From Candidatus Omnitrophota bacterium (GTDB lineage: Bacteria > Omnitrophota > Gorgyraeia > JACQQV01): a stretch of 64,000 nt of DNA. Made by a program: the position numbers and the translations under genes. The DNA lies in NCBI GenBank assembly GCA_016206785.1, contig JACQQV010000010.1, forward strand, positions 302 through 64,301, read 5' to 3'. The number at the start of each line of letters is the position of its first letter. The stretch's first letter is position 1. Shown in pieces: positions 1 to 9,121 of the stretch. Under the pieces are notes generated by a model, which worked only from the letters and a program-made list of their open reading frames with translations, was not told where the DNA came from and ran no database searches.

Positions 1-484
1 AGGCTACCTCTCACGGGAACGGGGGGCCCGCACGATCAAGATTAAATCTTCTCTTGGGGGACGTTTTCCGAATCGTCCCCAAAAGCAAGCGGGACGCTTC
101 GGAGAAAACGTCCCTGTTTTGGGTGCGATCGCAGCGGGTTCCCCGATCCTCGCGGAAGAAAATCTTGAAGATCACCTCCTGGTAGACGAACGATTCGCCT
201 CCGGAAAAAATATTTTTGCCCTCAAGGTCAAAGGCGAAAGCATGCTCGGCGCAGGCATCCTCCCCGGAGATTATGTCCTTGTACGGCAGCAGTTGAAAGT
301 CGAAAACGGTGAAATCGCTGCTGTCCTCCTTGACGATGAGGCGACCGTGAAGCGGGTCCATTGCTCAAAAACGACGTTGCGCCTCGTGAGCGAAAATCCG
401 GCGATGGCGCCGATAGAGGTGCGGGAAAATGAGAAGCGCGTGCAGATCTTGGGAAAAATAGTTGGTGTTATGCGGAAGTTATAG
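1..484 (+). CDS. lexA: LexA repressor, C-terminal S24 peptidase domain. The N-terminus lies upstream of the window; the frame is open back to nt 2.
   Basis: The translation VPVLGAIAAGSPILAEE...VKGESMLGAGILPGDYVLV...GEIAAVLLDDEATVKR matches the LexA cleavage and dimerisation domain, including the catalytic Ser (GESM) and Lys (TVKR) context. There is no stop upstream in frame. Confidence 0.85.
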   Translation, partial: GYLSRERGARTIKIKSSLGGRFPNRPQKQAGRFGENVPVLGAIAAGSPILAEENLEDHLLVDERFASGKNIFALKVKGESMLGAGILPGDYVLVRQQLKVENGEIAAVLLDDEATVKRVHCSKTTLRLVSENPAMAPIEVRENEKRVQILGKIVGVMRKL

Positions 485-609
485 AAAGACACGAGGCCTT
501 GCCTTAAGACGCATGTGCGCAGGCCGAGCATCAAGCGCAGCAACGCACGCTGGGGGTTGCAAGCGGTGCGGCGAAGGCAAGGCTGAGTGGCTTTCATGAT
601 CGATAAACA

Positions 610-2661
610 ATGCAACGACTTAGTAATCCTCCCAATCCCTACGAATCGTCGTATCGAGAATATCTCGAAGAGCCGCCGCTCACAGAACTGGAGGTTTACG
701 AAGACAATTCGCAAACGATCCTTTCCAAAAATGAGAGCCCCGACCTTTGCTTTACATGGAGCCTCAACCCGTATCGGGGATGCATGCATGGATGCGCTTA
801 CTGCCTATCGGGTGATACACCGATTGCAATGGCAGACGGCCGCACAACACCTCTTGCCGATGTCCGCGTGGGCGACGAAATCTATGGAACCATCCTGCGC
901 GAGAAATACCACTACTTTGTCAAGACACGTGTCCTCGCTCACTGGAGCGTTGTAAAGCCCGCATACCGCGTCACACTCGAAAACGGAGCACAGTTCATTA
1001 CAAGCGGTGACCATCGATTCCTGACGAACCGAGGGTGGAAATATGTCATAGGTACACAACAAGGGCGAACGAGACGACCGCATCTTACAACAAAGAATAA
1101 ACTGATCGGGATAGATCAGTTTACAACGCCGCCCAATGCGGTTCTCGATTATCAAAAAGGATACTTGTGCGGTATGATTCGTGGCGATGGCTTACTCGGA
1201 TCCTATAACTATGATGGACGCAGACGGGCCAAAGATTCACAATACCAGTTTCGGCTCGCACTCATCGACCCAGAACCTCTGCAGCGAGCACAGCGATACC
1301 TGTCAAGATTCGGAGTGTCTACTCACGAATTCTTGTTCCAAAAACCGATCACGGGATACCGACCAATGCATGCAATCCGCACAAATGCCCGCTCTCACGT
1401 TGAACGTGTCAATGAGCTTATTCAATGGCCGATGGAATCAAATATCGACTGGCATAAAGGCTTCTTAGCCGGTATCTTTGATGCAGAAGGCAGCTACAGT
1501 TGCGGGGTGCTTCGCATATGTAACACAAGCACTGTTATCATTAACAGCATCACCGACAGCCTCCGGCGGCTCAGTTTCGACTACGCAATCGAAAAAAGGC
1601 CGAGAGAAAAACCCATTTACAATGTCCGCGTACGGGGTGGCCTCGGAGAGCATCTGCGATTTTTTCATACAACCGATCCGGCCATCACTCGGAAGAAGAA
1701 TATTGCAGGCCAAGCGATTAAGAACCGGGCTCGCCTACGCGTATCCTCCGTTGAAGCCCTCAGGCTTTCGCTACCGCTCTTCGACATGACCACGGGTACA
1801 GGCGACTTCATCGCCAACGGCGTGGTCAGCCACAACTGCTACGCCCGTCCTACGCATGAGTATCTCGGGTTCGGCTCAGGAACCGATTTTCAGACAAAAA
1901 TTGTCGTGAAACCAAAAGCCCCTGAACTCTTGAGAGCCCACTTTCTTAAAAAATCGTGGAAAGGGGAACTGATCCTCTTCTCGGGGAATACCGACTGCTA
2001 TCAACCCCTTGAAGCGTCTTGGCAACTGACGCGCCGGTGTCTCGAAGTCTGCCTTGAATTTCAGAATCCGGTCTCCATCATCACGAAATCTTACCTTGTG
2101 ACACGGGATATAGACCTTCTGAAGGAATTGGATTGCAAGGCATTTGTCCAGATTTTTTTCAGCATCCCTTTCCTCGACGAGGAGGTCTCGCGGCGTCTTG
2201 AGCCCTTCACCGCCACTCCCCGTCGGCGATTTGAAGCGATGAAGCGCTTGTCTTGCGCGGGACTCAAGACAGGGATCTCTCTTGCGCCACTCATCCCAGG
2301 CTTAAACGACGCCGATATGCCGCGTCTCCTTAAGACAGCAAAAGAGTCAGGGGCCTCCTCTGCGTTTACTGCACTTCTCCGTCTTCCGGGGAATGTGAAA
2401 TCGGTTTTCTTAAAAGAACTCGAAACCCATTTTCCACTGAAAGCCAAGAAGGTGATCGATCGCATTCGGGAAGTCCGTGGGGGTCCGCTGTACAATTCCA
2501 ATTTTTTTGAAAGGCAGGAGGGACAAGGAAATTACTGGGACCATCTGGAAAAAACATTTGAGGTGTATCAAAGGAAGTTTGGACTCGACCAGTTTCCGGA
2601 GCCGCCTTCACCCTCCCCCTTTCGTGTTCCTTCGGAACAGAAGGAGTTCGCTTTCTTCTAA
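610..2661 (+). CDS. Radical SAM protein of the SplB / DNA-repair-photolyase-like family (COG1533), interrupted by an intein.
   Basis: The extein reads NPYRGCMHGCAY-[intein]-CYARPTHEYLGFG. Once the intein is removed this restores the CxxxCxxCY radical-SAM motif typical of COG1533. The C-terminal 274 aa form an ordinary radical-SAM barrel. Confidence 0.8.
   Translation: MQRLSNPPNPYESSYREYLEEPPLTELEVYEDNSQTILSKNESPDLCFTWSLNPYRGCMHGCAYCLSGDTPIAMADGRTTPLADVRVGDEIYGTILREKYHYFVKTRVLAHWSVVKPAYRVTLENGAQFITSGDHRFLTNRGWKYVIGTQQGRTRRPHLTTKNKLIGIDQFTTPPNAVLDYQKGYLCGMIRGDGLLGSYNYDGRRRAKDSQYQFRLALIDPEPLQRAQRYLSRFGVSTHEFLFQKPITGYRPMHAIRTNARSHVERVNELIQWPMESNIDWHKGFLAGIFDAEGSYSCGVLRICNTSTVIINSITDSLRRLSFDYAIEKRPREKPIYNVRVRGGLGEHLRFFHTTDPAITRKKNIAGQAIKNRARLRVSSVEALRLSLPLFDMTTGTGDFIANGVVSHNCYARPTHEYLGFGSGTDFQTKIVVKPKAPELLRAHFLKKSWKGELILFSGNTDCYQPLEASWQLTRRCLEVCLEFQNPVSIITKSYLVTRDIDLLKELDCKAFVQIFFSIPFLDEEVSRRLEPFTATPRRRFEAMKRLSCAGLKTGISLAPLIPGLNDADMPRLLKTAKESGASSAFTALLRLPGNVKSVFLKELETHFPLKAKKVIDRIREVRGGPLYNSNFFERQEGQGNYWDHLEKTFEVYQRKFGLDQFPEPPSPSPFRVPSEQKEFAFF
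802..1836 (+). mobile_element. Intein of 345 aa with a LAGLIDADG homing-endonuclease domain, inserted in the Fe-S cluster motif of the radical SAM gene.
   Basis: It starts with CLSGDTPIAMADG (intein block A with Cys1) and ends VVSHN, followed by the +1 Cys at 1837. There are two LAGLIDADG-type motifs, YLCGMIRGDG and FLAGIFDAEGSY. The insertion splits the CX3CX2C motif. Confidence 0.75.
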
Positions 2662-2770
2662 AACGGGGAGGTCAAAAACATGCAGGCAGTGGTTGAACGC
2701 TTCGGATTCAGAATCCGGCTGAAGATGGCTGCCGTGATTCTTTTCTGGTTACTGTTTATCTAAGGGGGGA

Positions 2771-4567
2771 TTAGGAAACTTCAAGAACGGTGTTTTCGCC
2801 GCCGAAGGGATTGGTGACACGGCTCTGGCCAGAAGGATCTGCCTGCCAGACACCGTCCACATAAAATTGGTATTGATAAGAACCGGGAGGGAGAGAAAGT
2901 GTCAGTTTCCAAGCGCCGTTTTTCGTTCTTCTCATCGGGTTCGCTTGAGGATCCCAGTCGTTAAAATCCCCCACCAAGGAAACAGACTTTGCGGAAGGAC
3001 CCTCGAAGCCAAACACGACCGGCTTTCCAGAGACCTCTTCTCTTAAAAATTCCTCAAGTGTCCGGCGCACCTCCCGCATATAGGGAAGTTTTTCTGTCAC
3101 AAACTGACCGATGAGGGAACTCCCTTCTTGAGAGAGATCCATAAAAGAAATGCCGTAGTGGGAAGCGTTCTCCTCATTGATTTTCCAGACCACTTTTCCC
3201 TGTGTCTCGAGACTCGATTTCCGTTTGGGGAAGAGAAGCTTTAAAGAAAGCGGACTCGGTAGTTCGACATTTTCTTTAAGTTCAAAAGAGATGCCCCCGC
3301 AACTTACATTTTTGGGATAGCCATAGAGGAGACGCCCCTGGGGTCCCTGCACCTCCACCGTCAAAGGAAGACCCCGTCTCTCAATGGGAAGGATCGGGAG
3401 GCGTGTCCATTGGCGCCTTTCTTCGCCTACCTCTTTTTCCCGGATCTCTTCGAGAGGCTGATGCTTCATCTCCTCCAACACGTTCTCCAGTTCCCGTCGC
3501 TGCGAGACCTCCTGATTCAGGCGCGTTGAGACTTCACGGAGCTCTTTCAAAAGATCCTCCTGAAGCGTCATTTTTTCATTCAATTCACCCTGAAGGACTC
3601 TGAGCCGATCGGAAAGTCCTGCCCGTTCACTCGCCATCTCCTCCAGGTAGACCGTGCGGGTCTCTACCTCTCTTCTCAATTTGGATCTTTCTTCAAGAAG
3701 CATCTTGGTTTCCTCTTGAACTTTAAGATGAGAGTTTCTCAGCGCATCGAGTTCTTTGCTAAACCGTTCTTCCCGAGAAACCCCTTCTTCCTTCAAGGCA
3801 ATGATCCGTTTCGCCATGTCCCAAGATTGTTGTTTTTCCTGTAATAAACGCTTTCGCATCAAAAACCAGGAAAGGGGCCAAAGGACCCCTCCGAGAATCA
3901 GGAAAAAGAGGACGAAGGAAGGAGTTTTATGCCAGGTGGAAGCGGTTGCGCGAGACCTTTGAGGAACCTCTGAGCGTCGCGTCTCTGTGCGGTGAGGCGG
4001 AGAAAGAGGGGTCATCCTCATCAAAGTCAAAGGAGGGGCCGTCATTTTTGCCATCGCCTCTTGGAATGCCCCTGCGAGGATTTCTTCCCGCTTATACTCT
4101 TGCGACCCTTCCACGGGAAGAGTAGTGAGCATTACTTTTCCTGTAATGAGATCACTCCCCGGGATTTCCTTTGGATGCCGGATCACAAGCACAATCGACT
4201 TGGAGCCTTCAAACACTTCGTAGGTGGTCTTGGCCAAGAGGTTGAAGGTTAACGTCTTGAGGGGTTTTTTTGCGCCGAGGAGAGGATAGCTCCGAAAGTA
4301 AGTCGCCTCGATCCCCTTCACCATCCCTCTCTGAATCGGAACCGACGAAGGGATGTTGCTATAAACGGAACTCTCGAAAAACCGAAAGACGATTTTGGGG
4401 GGATCGGATTGATAGAAATGACGGTAGATCATCGGGCCGGAGGTGTTAATGACCACACGGGTACTTTCGGAAGACTTGGACTCTGTGACGCCAAGCGCCG
4501 ACTGAGACTTAAGAATAAGCATCCCCACCGCCAGAGCGGTGGCAAGGAAAAATCCCTTTCGCATCAT
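2771..4567 (-). CDS. Secreted coiled-coil protein with a PilZ-like domain and a C-terminal CBM48/AMPK-beta glycogen-binding domain.
   Basis: There is an N-terminal signal peptide (MMRKGFFLATALAVGMLIL). A long heptad-like charged segment follows. A NVSCGGISF PilZ-like motif is present. The C-terminus VVFGFEGPSAKSVSLVGDFNDWDP...WKLTLSLPPGSYQYQFYVDGVW is typical of CBM48. Confidence 0.5.
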   Translation of the reverse strand: MMRKGFFLATALAVGMLILKSQSALGVTESKSSESTRVVINTSGPMIYRHFYQSDPPKIVFRFFESSVYSNIPSSVPIQRGMVKGIEATYFRSYPLLGAKKPLKTLTFNLLAKTTYEVFEGSKSIVLVIRHPKEIPGSDLITGKVMLTTLPVEGSQEYKREEILAGAFQEAMAKMTAPPLTLMRMTPLSPPHRTETRRSEVPQRSRATASTWHKTPSFVLFFLILGGVLWPLSWFLMRKRLLQEKQQSWDMAKRIIALKEEGVSREERFSKELDALRNSHLKVQEETKMLLEERSKLRREVETRTVYLEEMASERAGLSDRLRVLQGELNEKMTLQEDLLKELREVSTRLNQEVSQRRELENVLEEMKHQPLEEIREKEVGEERRQWTRLPILPIERRGLPLTVEVQGPQGRLLYGYPKNVSCGGISFELKENVELPSPLSLKLLFPKRKSSLETQGKVVWKINEENASHYGISFMDLSQEGSSLIGQFVTEKLPYMREVRRTLEEFLREEVSGKPVVFGFEGPSAKSVSLVGDFNDWDPQANPMRRTKNGAWKLTLSLPPGSYQYQFYVDGVWQADPSGQSRVTNPFGGENTVLEVS

Positions 4568-4570
4568 TCC

Positions 4571-5272
4571 CTAAAGTTCCCTGACGTGATCATTCTCTTG
4601 AATCGGCTGTTGCGTCCATTCGGGAAGGATCCGACAGGCCGAGATGGTATCGCGCACCTCCTCCACCTGGACCCTCCCAATGTATTGGTCTTCCCGATAG
4701 ATCGTTAGAACCGTTCCGGCATCCAGTTTTGCTTCGGAGCCGAGATCGACTACCACAAACTGGAACTTTTCATTCACGACCAAGACCTTCCCTTCAAGAA
4801 TGGGTGTGGCACTGACGATGATCTGACCGAGGTCCACCTCTTCCGGAGACCGGGCGAGGATCTTGGTCATCTGTGTCCTGAGGGATTTCTTCTCCCCCTG
4901 TGTGATCATGAGTTGGTTATGAAGGGTATTTCTTTCTTTCGCCAGCTTCTGTTTTTCCAGACGCTCTTTTGTGATCTCGTGTTGAAGACGAGTCAGTCTT
5001 TTCTCAACACCTTTGAGCCGTACGAGGGTCATCTGGTTCGTCTGTTTCAGACCCAACAGGTCATGCTCCATTCGTGCAGATCTGTTTTTGTGAGACGAAA
5101 GCGCTTCCTCAAGAACTGTCTTGGACCTTAATGCGCGAAGCAGTGCTTCCTCTGCGGCAAGGCGACGGGTCACTTCCCTTTCTTTCAGCATAAAGAGGAT
5201 ACCGGTTGAAGAAGCGGAGGAAAGGGTGAGAATGATTAAAAGTCTTGTTGTAAACCATTTTCTAAAGTTCAT
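4571..5272 (-). CDS. Membrane-anchored coiled-coil protein of unknown function, probably co-transcribed with 2771..4567.
   Basis: It has an N-terminal TM helix, a central coiled-coil and a C-terminal beta-rich domain. It lies 3 nt upstream of the next gene on the same strand. Confidence 0.4.
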   Translation of the reverse strand: MNFRKWFTTRLLIILTLSSASSTGILFMLKEREVTRRLAAEEALLRALRSKTVLEEALSSHKNRSARMEHDLLGLKQTNQMTLVRLKGVEKRLTRLQHEITKERLEKQKLAKERNTLHNQLMITQGEKKSLRTQMTKILARSPEEVDLGQIIVSATPILEGKVLVVNEKFQFVVVDLGSEAKLDAGTVLTIYREDQYIGRVQVEEVRDTISACRILPEWTQQPIQENDHVREL

Positions 5273-5441
5273 CGGTCAGCCCTCAAACAAAAAAATCCAC
5301 GTTTCCCAAATATTGAGAAACTTGGATCTCTTGACAATTCCAGAAAATGTCTTTGTCGAACCCAAGTGATCCCACCCCCTCACCGGTTCGCGCATTTGGA
5401 GATAATATATCACATGCACAATTTTATGTCAACTCTTTTTT

Positions 5442-6455
5442 TTATAGGGGGTTAGGAACGGATTTTAAACGTTCCACCTTGACTTTCGCCTCTTTCAAAA
5501 GGTGAAGAGAAACGGCATCCATGGAATACCCGTGACTGTAAATCACCTTTTGGATGCCGGTATTGATGATCATCTTGGTACAGATAAGACAGGGAGAGAA
5601 AGTCGTATAGAGAGTCGCTTCTCTAAGATTCGCTCCATGGTAGGCCGCCTGCGTGATGGCATTCTCCTCTCCATGCGAACAGAGACACTCTTCCAAACGG
5701 CTTCCCTGCGACCCGAAACTGTTACACCGAGGGCATCCCCCTTCATTGCAGTTTCTGACTCCGCGGGGGGTCCCATTGTATCCTGTCGAAATGACTCTTC
5801 GGTCCTTCACGATGACGGCGGCGACTTTCCGCTTGATGCAGTTGGAGCGGAGGGCAACGACCTTGGCGATCCCCATGAAATAGTCATCCCAGTCAGGCCT
5901 TGGGTTTTTTTTTGAAAGGGATACCAAGAGTTCCCGGAGAGAGGCCTCGAGGTGGGCAAGGGAGCCGTTGTTCCGGATGACCCGATCCGCCATTCGGAGA
6001 GTTTTTTGGAGCTGTTGGTCTTCTTCGACGTGGCTTTTTGCCTCAAGGCGCTCAAGGCGGATAAACTCCTTCAAACGCTTCGGATCTTTTTCCCGGCCAC
6101 GGCGCCTCACTCGCTCAAAACGGAGCCGTCGCGGCGCCTCCACCCGAAAAAGGACAAAATCGTTTCGGCGGCGAAGCGTCTTTACCTCCCCCGGGTGTCG
6201 GATGGAATCGATCACATAATTTTTGTCAACATCGAGGCATGAGAGAACCCTCTCCGCAAGAACCCCCGGTCCATGCTCCACCCGGAGTCTATTCCCTGCC
6301 TCGATGAGATGTTGGCGGGTCAGTGGTTTCTTCTTGGCACGGAGGTACTTTCGGATCACGTCCGAAAGAGAAAAATAATGAAATCCCCTTTCTTTCAGAA
6401 AGCGGGCCACCTCCCCTTTCCCCGAACCATTTTTGCCTGTCAAACCGATGATCAT
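5442..6455 (-). CDS. Fusion of an N-terminal P-loop nucleotide kinase-like domain with a C-terminal dCMP deaminase (ComEB-type).
   Basis: The N-terminus carries the Walker A GLTGKNGSGKG. The C-terminus has HGEENAI...SPCLICTKMI, the H-A-E...PC-x2-C zinc-binding motifs of the CMP/dCMP deaminase family. Confidence 0.65.
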   Translation of the reverse strand: MIIGLTGKNGSGKGEVARFLKERGFHYFSLSDVIRKYLRAKKKPLTRQHLIEAGNRLRVEHGPGVLAERVLSCLDVDKNYVIDSIRHPGEVKTLRRRNDFVLFRVEAPRRLRFERVRRRGREKDPKRLKEFIRLERLEAKSHVEEDQQLQKTLRMADRVIRNNGSLAHLEASLRELLVSLSKKNPRPDWDDYFMGIAKVVALRSNCIKRKVAAVIVKDRRVISTGYNGTPRGVRNCNEGGCPRCNSFGSQGSRLEECLCSHGEENAITQAAYHGANLREATLYTTFSPCLICTKMIINTGIQKVIYSHGYSMDAVSLHLLKEAKVKVERLKSVPNPL

Positions 6456-6518
6456 GGAGATATTATACTGATCCCCATGCCTCTCGACAAGAGAATTCCT
6501 AAGAAGTATAATAGGGGC

Positions 6519-7598
6519 ATGTCACTGCTTATCGTCATGACCTTCTGCACTCTCGTCGGCCTCGTCCTCTGGATCTTCCTTGAGCTTAAAAAGGTGAAGC
6601 GGGCCCCCCTTAAGGAAGAGCTCCTCAAGGAGACGGATACGAAATTACAGGCTCTTCGCGAAGAATGGGGAAAGACGCTGGATCGCAATACCCAACTCAT
6701 TTCAACCCTGGTCCAGCAAACGGTAAGCCGCATTGACACAGTCTCGAACCAGGTGGGTAGCCGCCTGGACAACGCTGCCCGCGTTGTGGGAGACGTCAAA
6801 CAGCAACTGGGAGCGTTGGAACAGGCCAACCAGCAGATCTACGAAATCGGTAAGCATATCGCTCTTCTCCAAGAAGAACTTCGCGCGCCAAAATTCCGCG
6901 GAGAGATGGGGGAATTCCTGCTTGAGAATCTCCTCGCAAACGTTATGCCCCAGAAAGAATTTTATACGCTGCAGTATGAATTTAAGAGCCGACAAAAAGT
7001 CGATGCGGTGCTCCACATCGGAAACCGCCTTGTTCCCGTCGATGCCAAGTTTCCTCTCGAGGCCTTCCAAAGATTGATCACCTGTGCAACCGAGACGGAA
7101 AAAAAAGCGGCGAAAAAAGAATTCACCCGGGCCGTCAAAGACAAGATTGATGAGATTGCGGCAAAGTACATCCTTCCCGATGAAGGAACCTACGACTTTG
7201 CCATGATGTATATCCCTGCGGAAAATGTCTATTATGAAACGATCACCAAAGACGAGAATTTCGGCGATGAAAAAAGCCTTCTCCAGTACGCCCTCTCCAA
7301 AAAAGTCATCCCTGTCTCCCCTAACACCTTCTATGCCTACCTTAAAGTGATCCTCTTGGGACTCAAAGGTCTTGCGATCGAAAAAGGGGTTCAGGAAATT
7401 ATCGAGACATTGGTTCGATTACGGGGGGATTTTGAAAAATTTCAAGAGGATTTTTCAAAAATTGGAAAGCATCTCACCGATTCAAAAGCGAGTTACGACA
7501 ACGCAGAAAGACGCCTTGAAAAGTTTGGGGATAAACTGAATCAGATTGAAAGTGCTGAGTCTGACGCGGTTCCTTTGAAAATTCCTGATAAGATTTAA
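6519..7598 (+). CDS. rmuC: DNA recombination protein RmuC. The ORF-track start at 6273 overlaps the upstream gene, so the ATG at 6519 followed by a TM helix is preferred.
   Basis: It has an N-terminal TM (MSLLIVMTFCTLVGLVLWIFL), coiled-coil and a conserved RmuC C-terminal region. Confidence 0.75.
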   Translation: MSLLIVMTFCTLVGLVLWIFLELKKVKRAPLKEELLKETDTKLQALREEWGKTLDRNTQLISTLVQQTVSRIDTVSNQVGSRLDNAARVVGDVKQQLGALEQANQQIYEIGKHIALLQEELRAPKFRGEMGEFLLENLLANVMPQKEFYTLQYEFKSRQKVDAVLHIGNRLVPVDAKFPLEAFQRLITCATETEKKAAKKEFTRAVKDKIDEIAAKYILPDEGTYDFAMMYIPAENVYYETITKDENFGDEKSLLQYALSKKVIPVSPNTFYAYLKVILLGLKGLAIEKGVQEIIETLVRLRGDFEKFQEDFSKIGKHLTDSKASYDNAERRLEKFGDKLNQIESAESDAVPLKIPDKI

Positions 7599-7602
7599 TT
7601 CC

Positions 7603-8262
7603 CTATCCCGCATACGCCGTCGGATCCACAAGGGCCGCATTCCGAAAAGCACGCTTCCGCTCGGCGCATTTATTGCACCTCCCGCAATGCTTCTCACCAT
7701 GAGGATCAAAACAGGAGAAGGTCAGTTCCAGAGGAAGGTCCTTCCCTTTCAGCACCACCTCCTTCTTTGAAAGGTGGGAGAAGGGGGTAATGATGTTCAG
7801 GTCGAAACGGAGTCCCTCTGAGAAACTGGCTTCAAGGGTTTCAAAAAAACTGGGCGTAGCGTCTGGGAAGGGGTTACCGCGCAGAATGCCGATGGCAAGC
7901 GTCGGAATGTCTTTGAGGTTGCACCAAACTCCTGCCTTTGCCAAAAGAAAGATGTTTCTTCCCGGAATGTACACCGCGGAATCCTCCGAGGATTCATCCG
8001 GCACCTCTTTCCCGGTCACACTCCAATGGGTCTTTTGTAAATCCTGAATGGGAAGATCCAACGCACTGATCGGCTTCACGGCCGGATGGGCAAGCCGTGC
8101 CAGGAACCGTTTCAGCCACTGCATCTCCATCGCCTCCCATCGAAGTCCGTTCTGGATATAAAGAGGGTGGACTTCACTATACTCCTTGCAGAGTTCCGCA
8201 AGGAGGACCGCGCTATCGATGCCTCCACTTGAAAGAACGGCGACCGCTTCTTTTCTTGCCAT
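7603..8262 (-). CDS. queC: 7-cyano-7-deazaguanine synthase QueC.
   Basis: The PP-loop VLSSGGIDS and the C-terminal zinc cluster CGRCNKCAERK are present. The start is chosen at MARKEAVAVL. Confidence 0.85.
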   Translation of the reverse strand: MARKEAVAVLSSGGIDSAVLLAELCKEYSEVHPLYIQNGLRWEAMEMQWLKRFLARLAHPAVKPISALDLPIQDLQKTHWSVTGKEVPDESSEDSAVYIPGRNIFLLAKAGVWCNLKDIPTLAIGILRGNPFPDATPSFFETLEASFSEGLRFDLNIITPFSHLSKKEVVLKGKDLPLELTFSCFDPHGEKHCGRCNKCAERKRAFRNAALVDPTAYAG

Positions 8263-8335
8263 GAGGATGCCCCTGGGGGATAAGGGTATCAAATTCGTAC
8301 GAAAAAGTCTATCGCTTTTTTGTTATAATACCCCT

Positions 8336-9070
8336 ATGCAGATCAAAGGGAGCGTGGCACTCATCACAGGATCCGCGGGGCGGATCGGCCGTTCCGTGGC
8401 CCTCTCTCTCGCAGAAAAAGGGGCACACCTTGTCATCCACTATCGCTCCTCCGTCAAAGAGGCTGAGGAGACGGTGCGGAGGTGCCATCGATTCGGGGTC
8501 CGTGCCATTTCTCTGCGAGCCGATCTCACCAAGGTGAATGAAGTGGACCTCCTCTTTCAACGGGCGCTCCATACGTTCGGAACCATTGATCTTTTAATCA
8601 ATAACGCGGCTGTTTTTTTCAAAACCCCTCTTTCGACGTGTACCGAAGCGGATTGGGACAATACCTTAGATACCAATCTCAAAGGAAGTTTTCTCTGTGC
8701 CCAGCGGGCGGGAAAGATCATGGCCAAAAAGGGCTTTGGAAAAATCATCAATATTGCGGATTGGAGTGGCATCCGTCCTTACGTTGATTATCTTCCTTAT
8801 TGTGTGTCAAAGGCGGGGGTGATTGCACTCACCAAGGCCTTAGCCCTTGAACTCGCCCCGAAGATCCAGGTCACCTGCATTGCTCCAGGTCCCATCCTTC
8901 TTCCCAAGAATTTTTCGAAGGAAGAGGCGAGAAAAATAAAGGGGAAAGTTCCCCTTAAACGGATTGGTACGCCGGAAGATATCGTCCGGACGGTTCATTT
9001 TTTGGTGGAAGGATCCGATTTCATTACCGGCTCGACACTTGTGGTAGACGGCGGGGAGTTGATTGCGTAG
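8336..9070 (+). CDS. Short-chain dehydrogenase/reductase (SDR), pteridine-reductase/FabG-like, sitting between queC and queD.
   Basis: It has the Rossmann motif ALITGSAGRIGRS, an NNAA motif and a YCVSK catalytic Tyr-Lys. The internal ATG at 8336 is preferred because it avoids overlap with queC. Confidence 0.75.
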   Translation: MQIKGSVALITGSAGRIGRSVALSLAEKGAHLVIHYRSSVKEAEETVRRCHRFGVRAISLRADLTKVNEVDLLFQRALHTFGTIDLLINNAAVFFKTPLSTCTEADWDNTLDTNLKGSFLCAQRAGKIMAKKGFGKIINIADWSGIRPYVDYLPYCVSKAGVIALTKALALELAPKIQVTCIAPGPILLPKNFSKEEARKIKGKVPLKRIGTPEDIVRTVHFLVEGSDFITGSTLVVDGGELIA

Positions 9071-9121
9071 GCGGGTGGCGAGGCGCAAGGGCGCCGAGCC
9101 AGGACCCGCCTGGGGAGATCT

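Noticed and set aside
587-955. ORF 587..955 (+) and the antisense ORFs 271..789 and 805..1155.
   Set aside because: They are out of frame with, or antisense to, the lexA and radical-SAM reading frames, which carry clear motifs.
2695-2720. Short palindrome CGGATTCAGAATCCG between the convergent genes at 2661 and 2771.
   Set aside because: It is only a 7-bp stem with a 1-nt loop and no T-tract. It is too weak to call a terminator.
6273-6518. The upstream extension of rmuC given by the ORF track.
   Set aside because: It overlaps the 3' end of the dCMP deaminase gene on the opposite strand. The RmuC TM helix begins right after the internal ATG at 6519.
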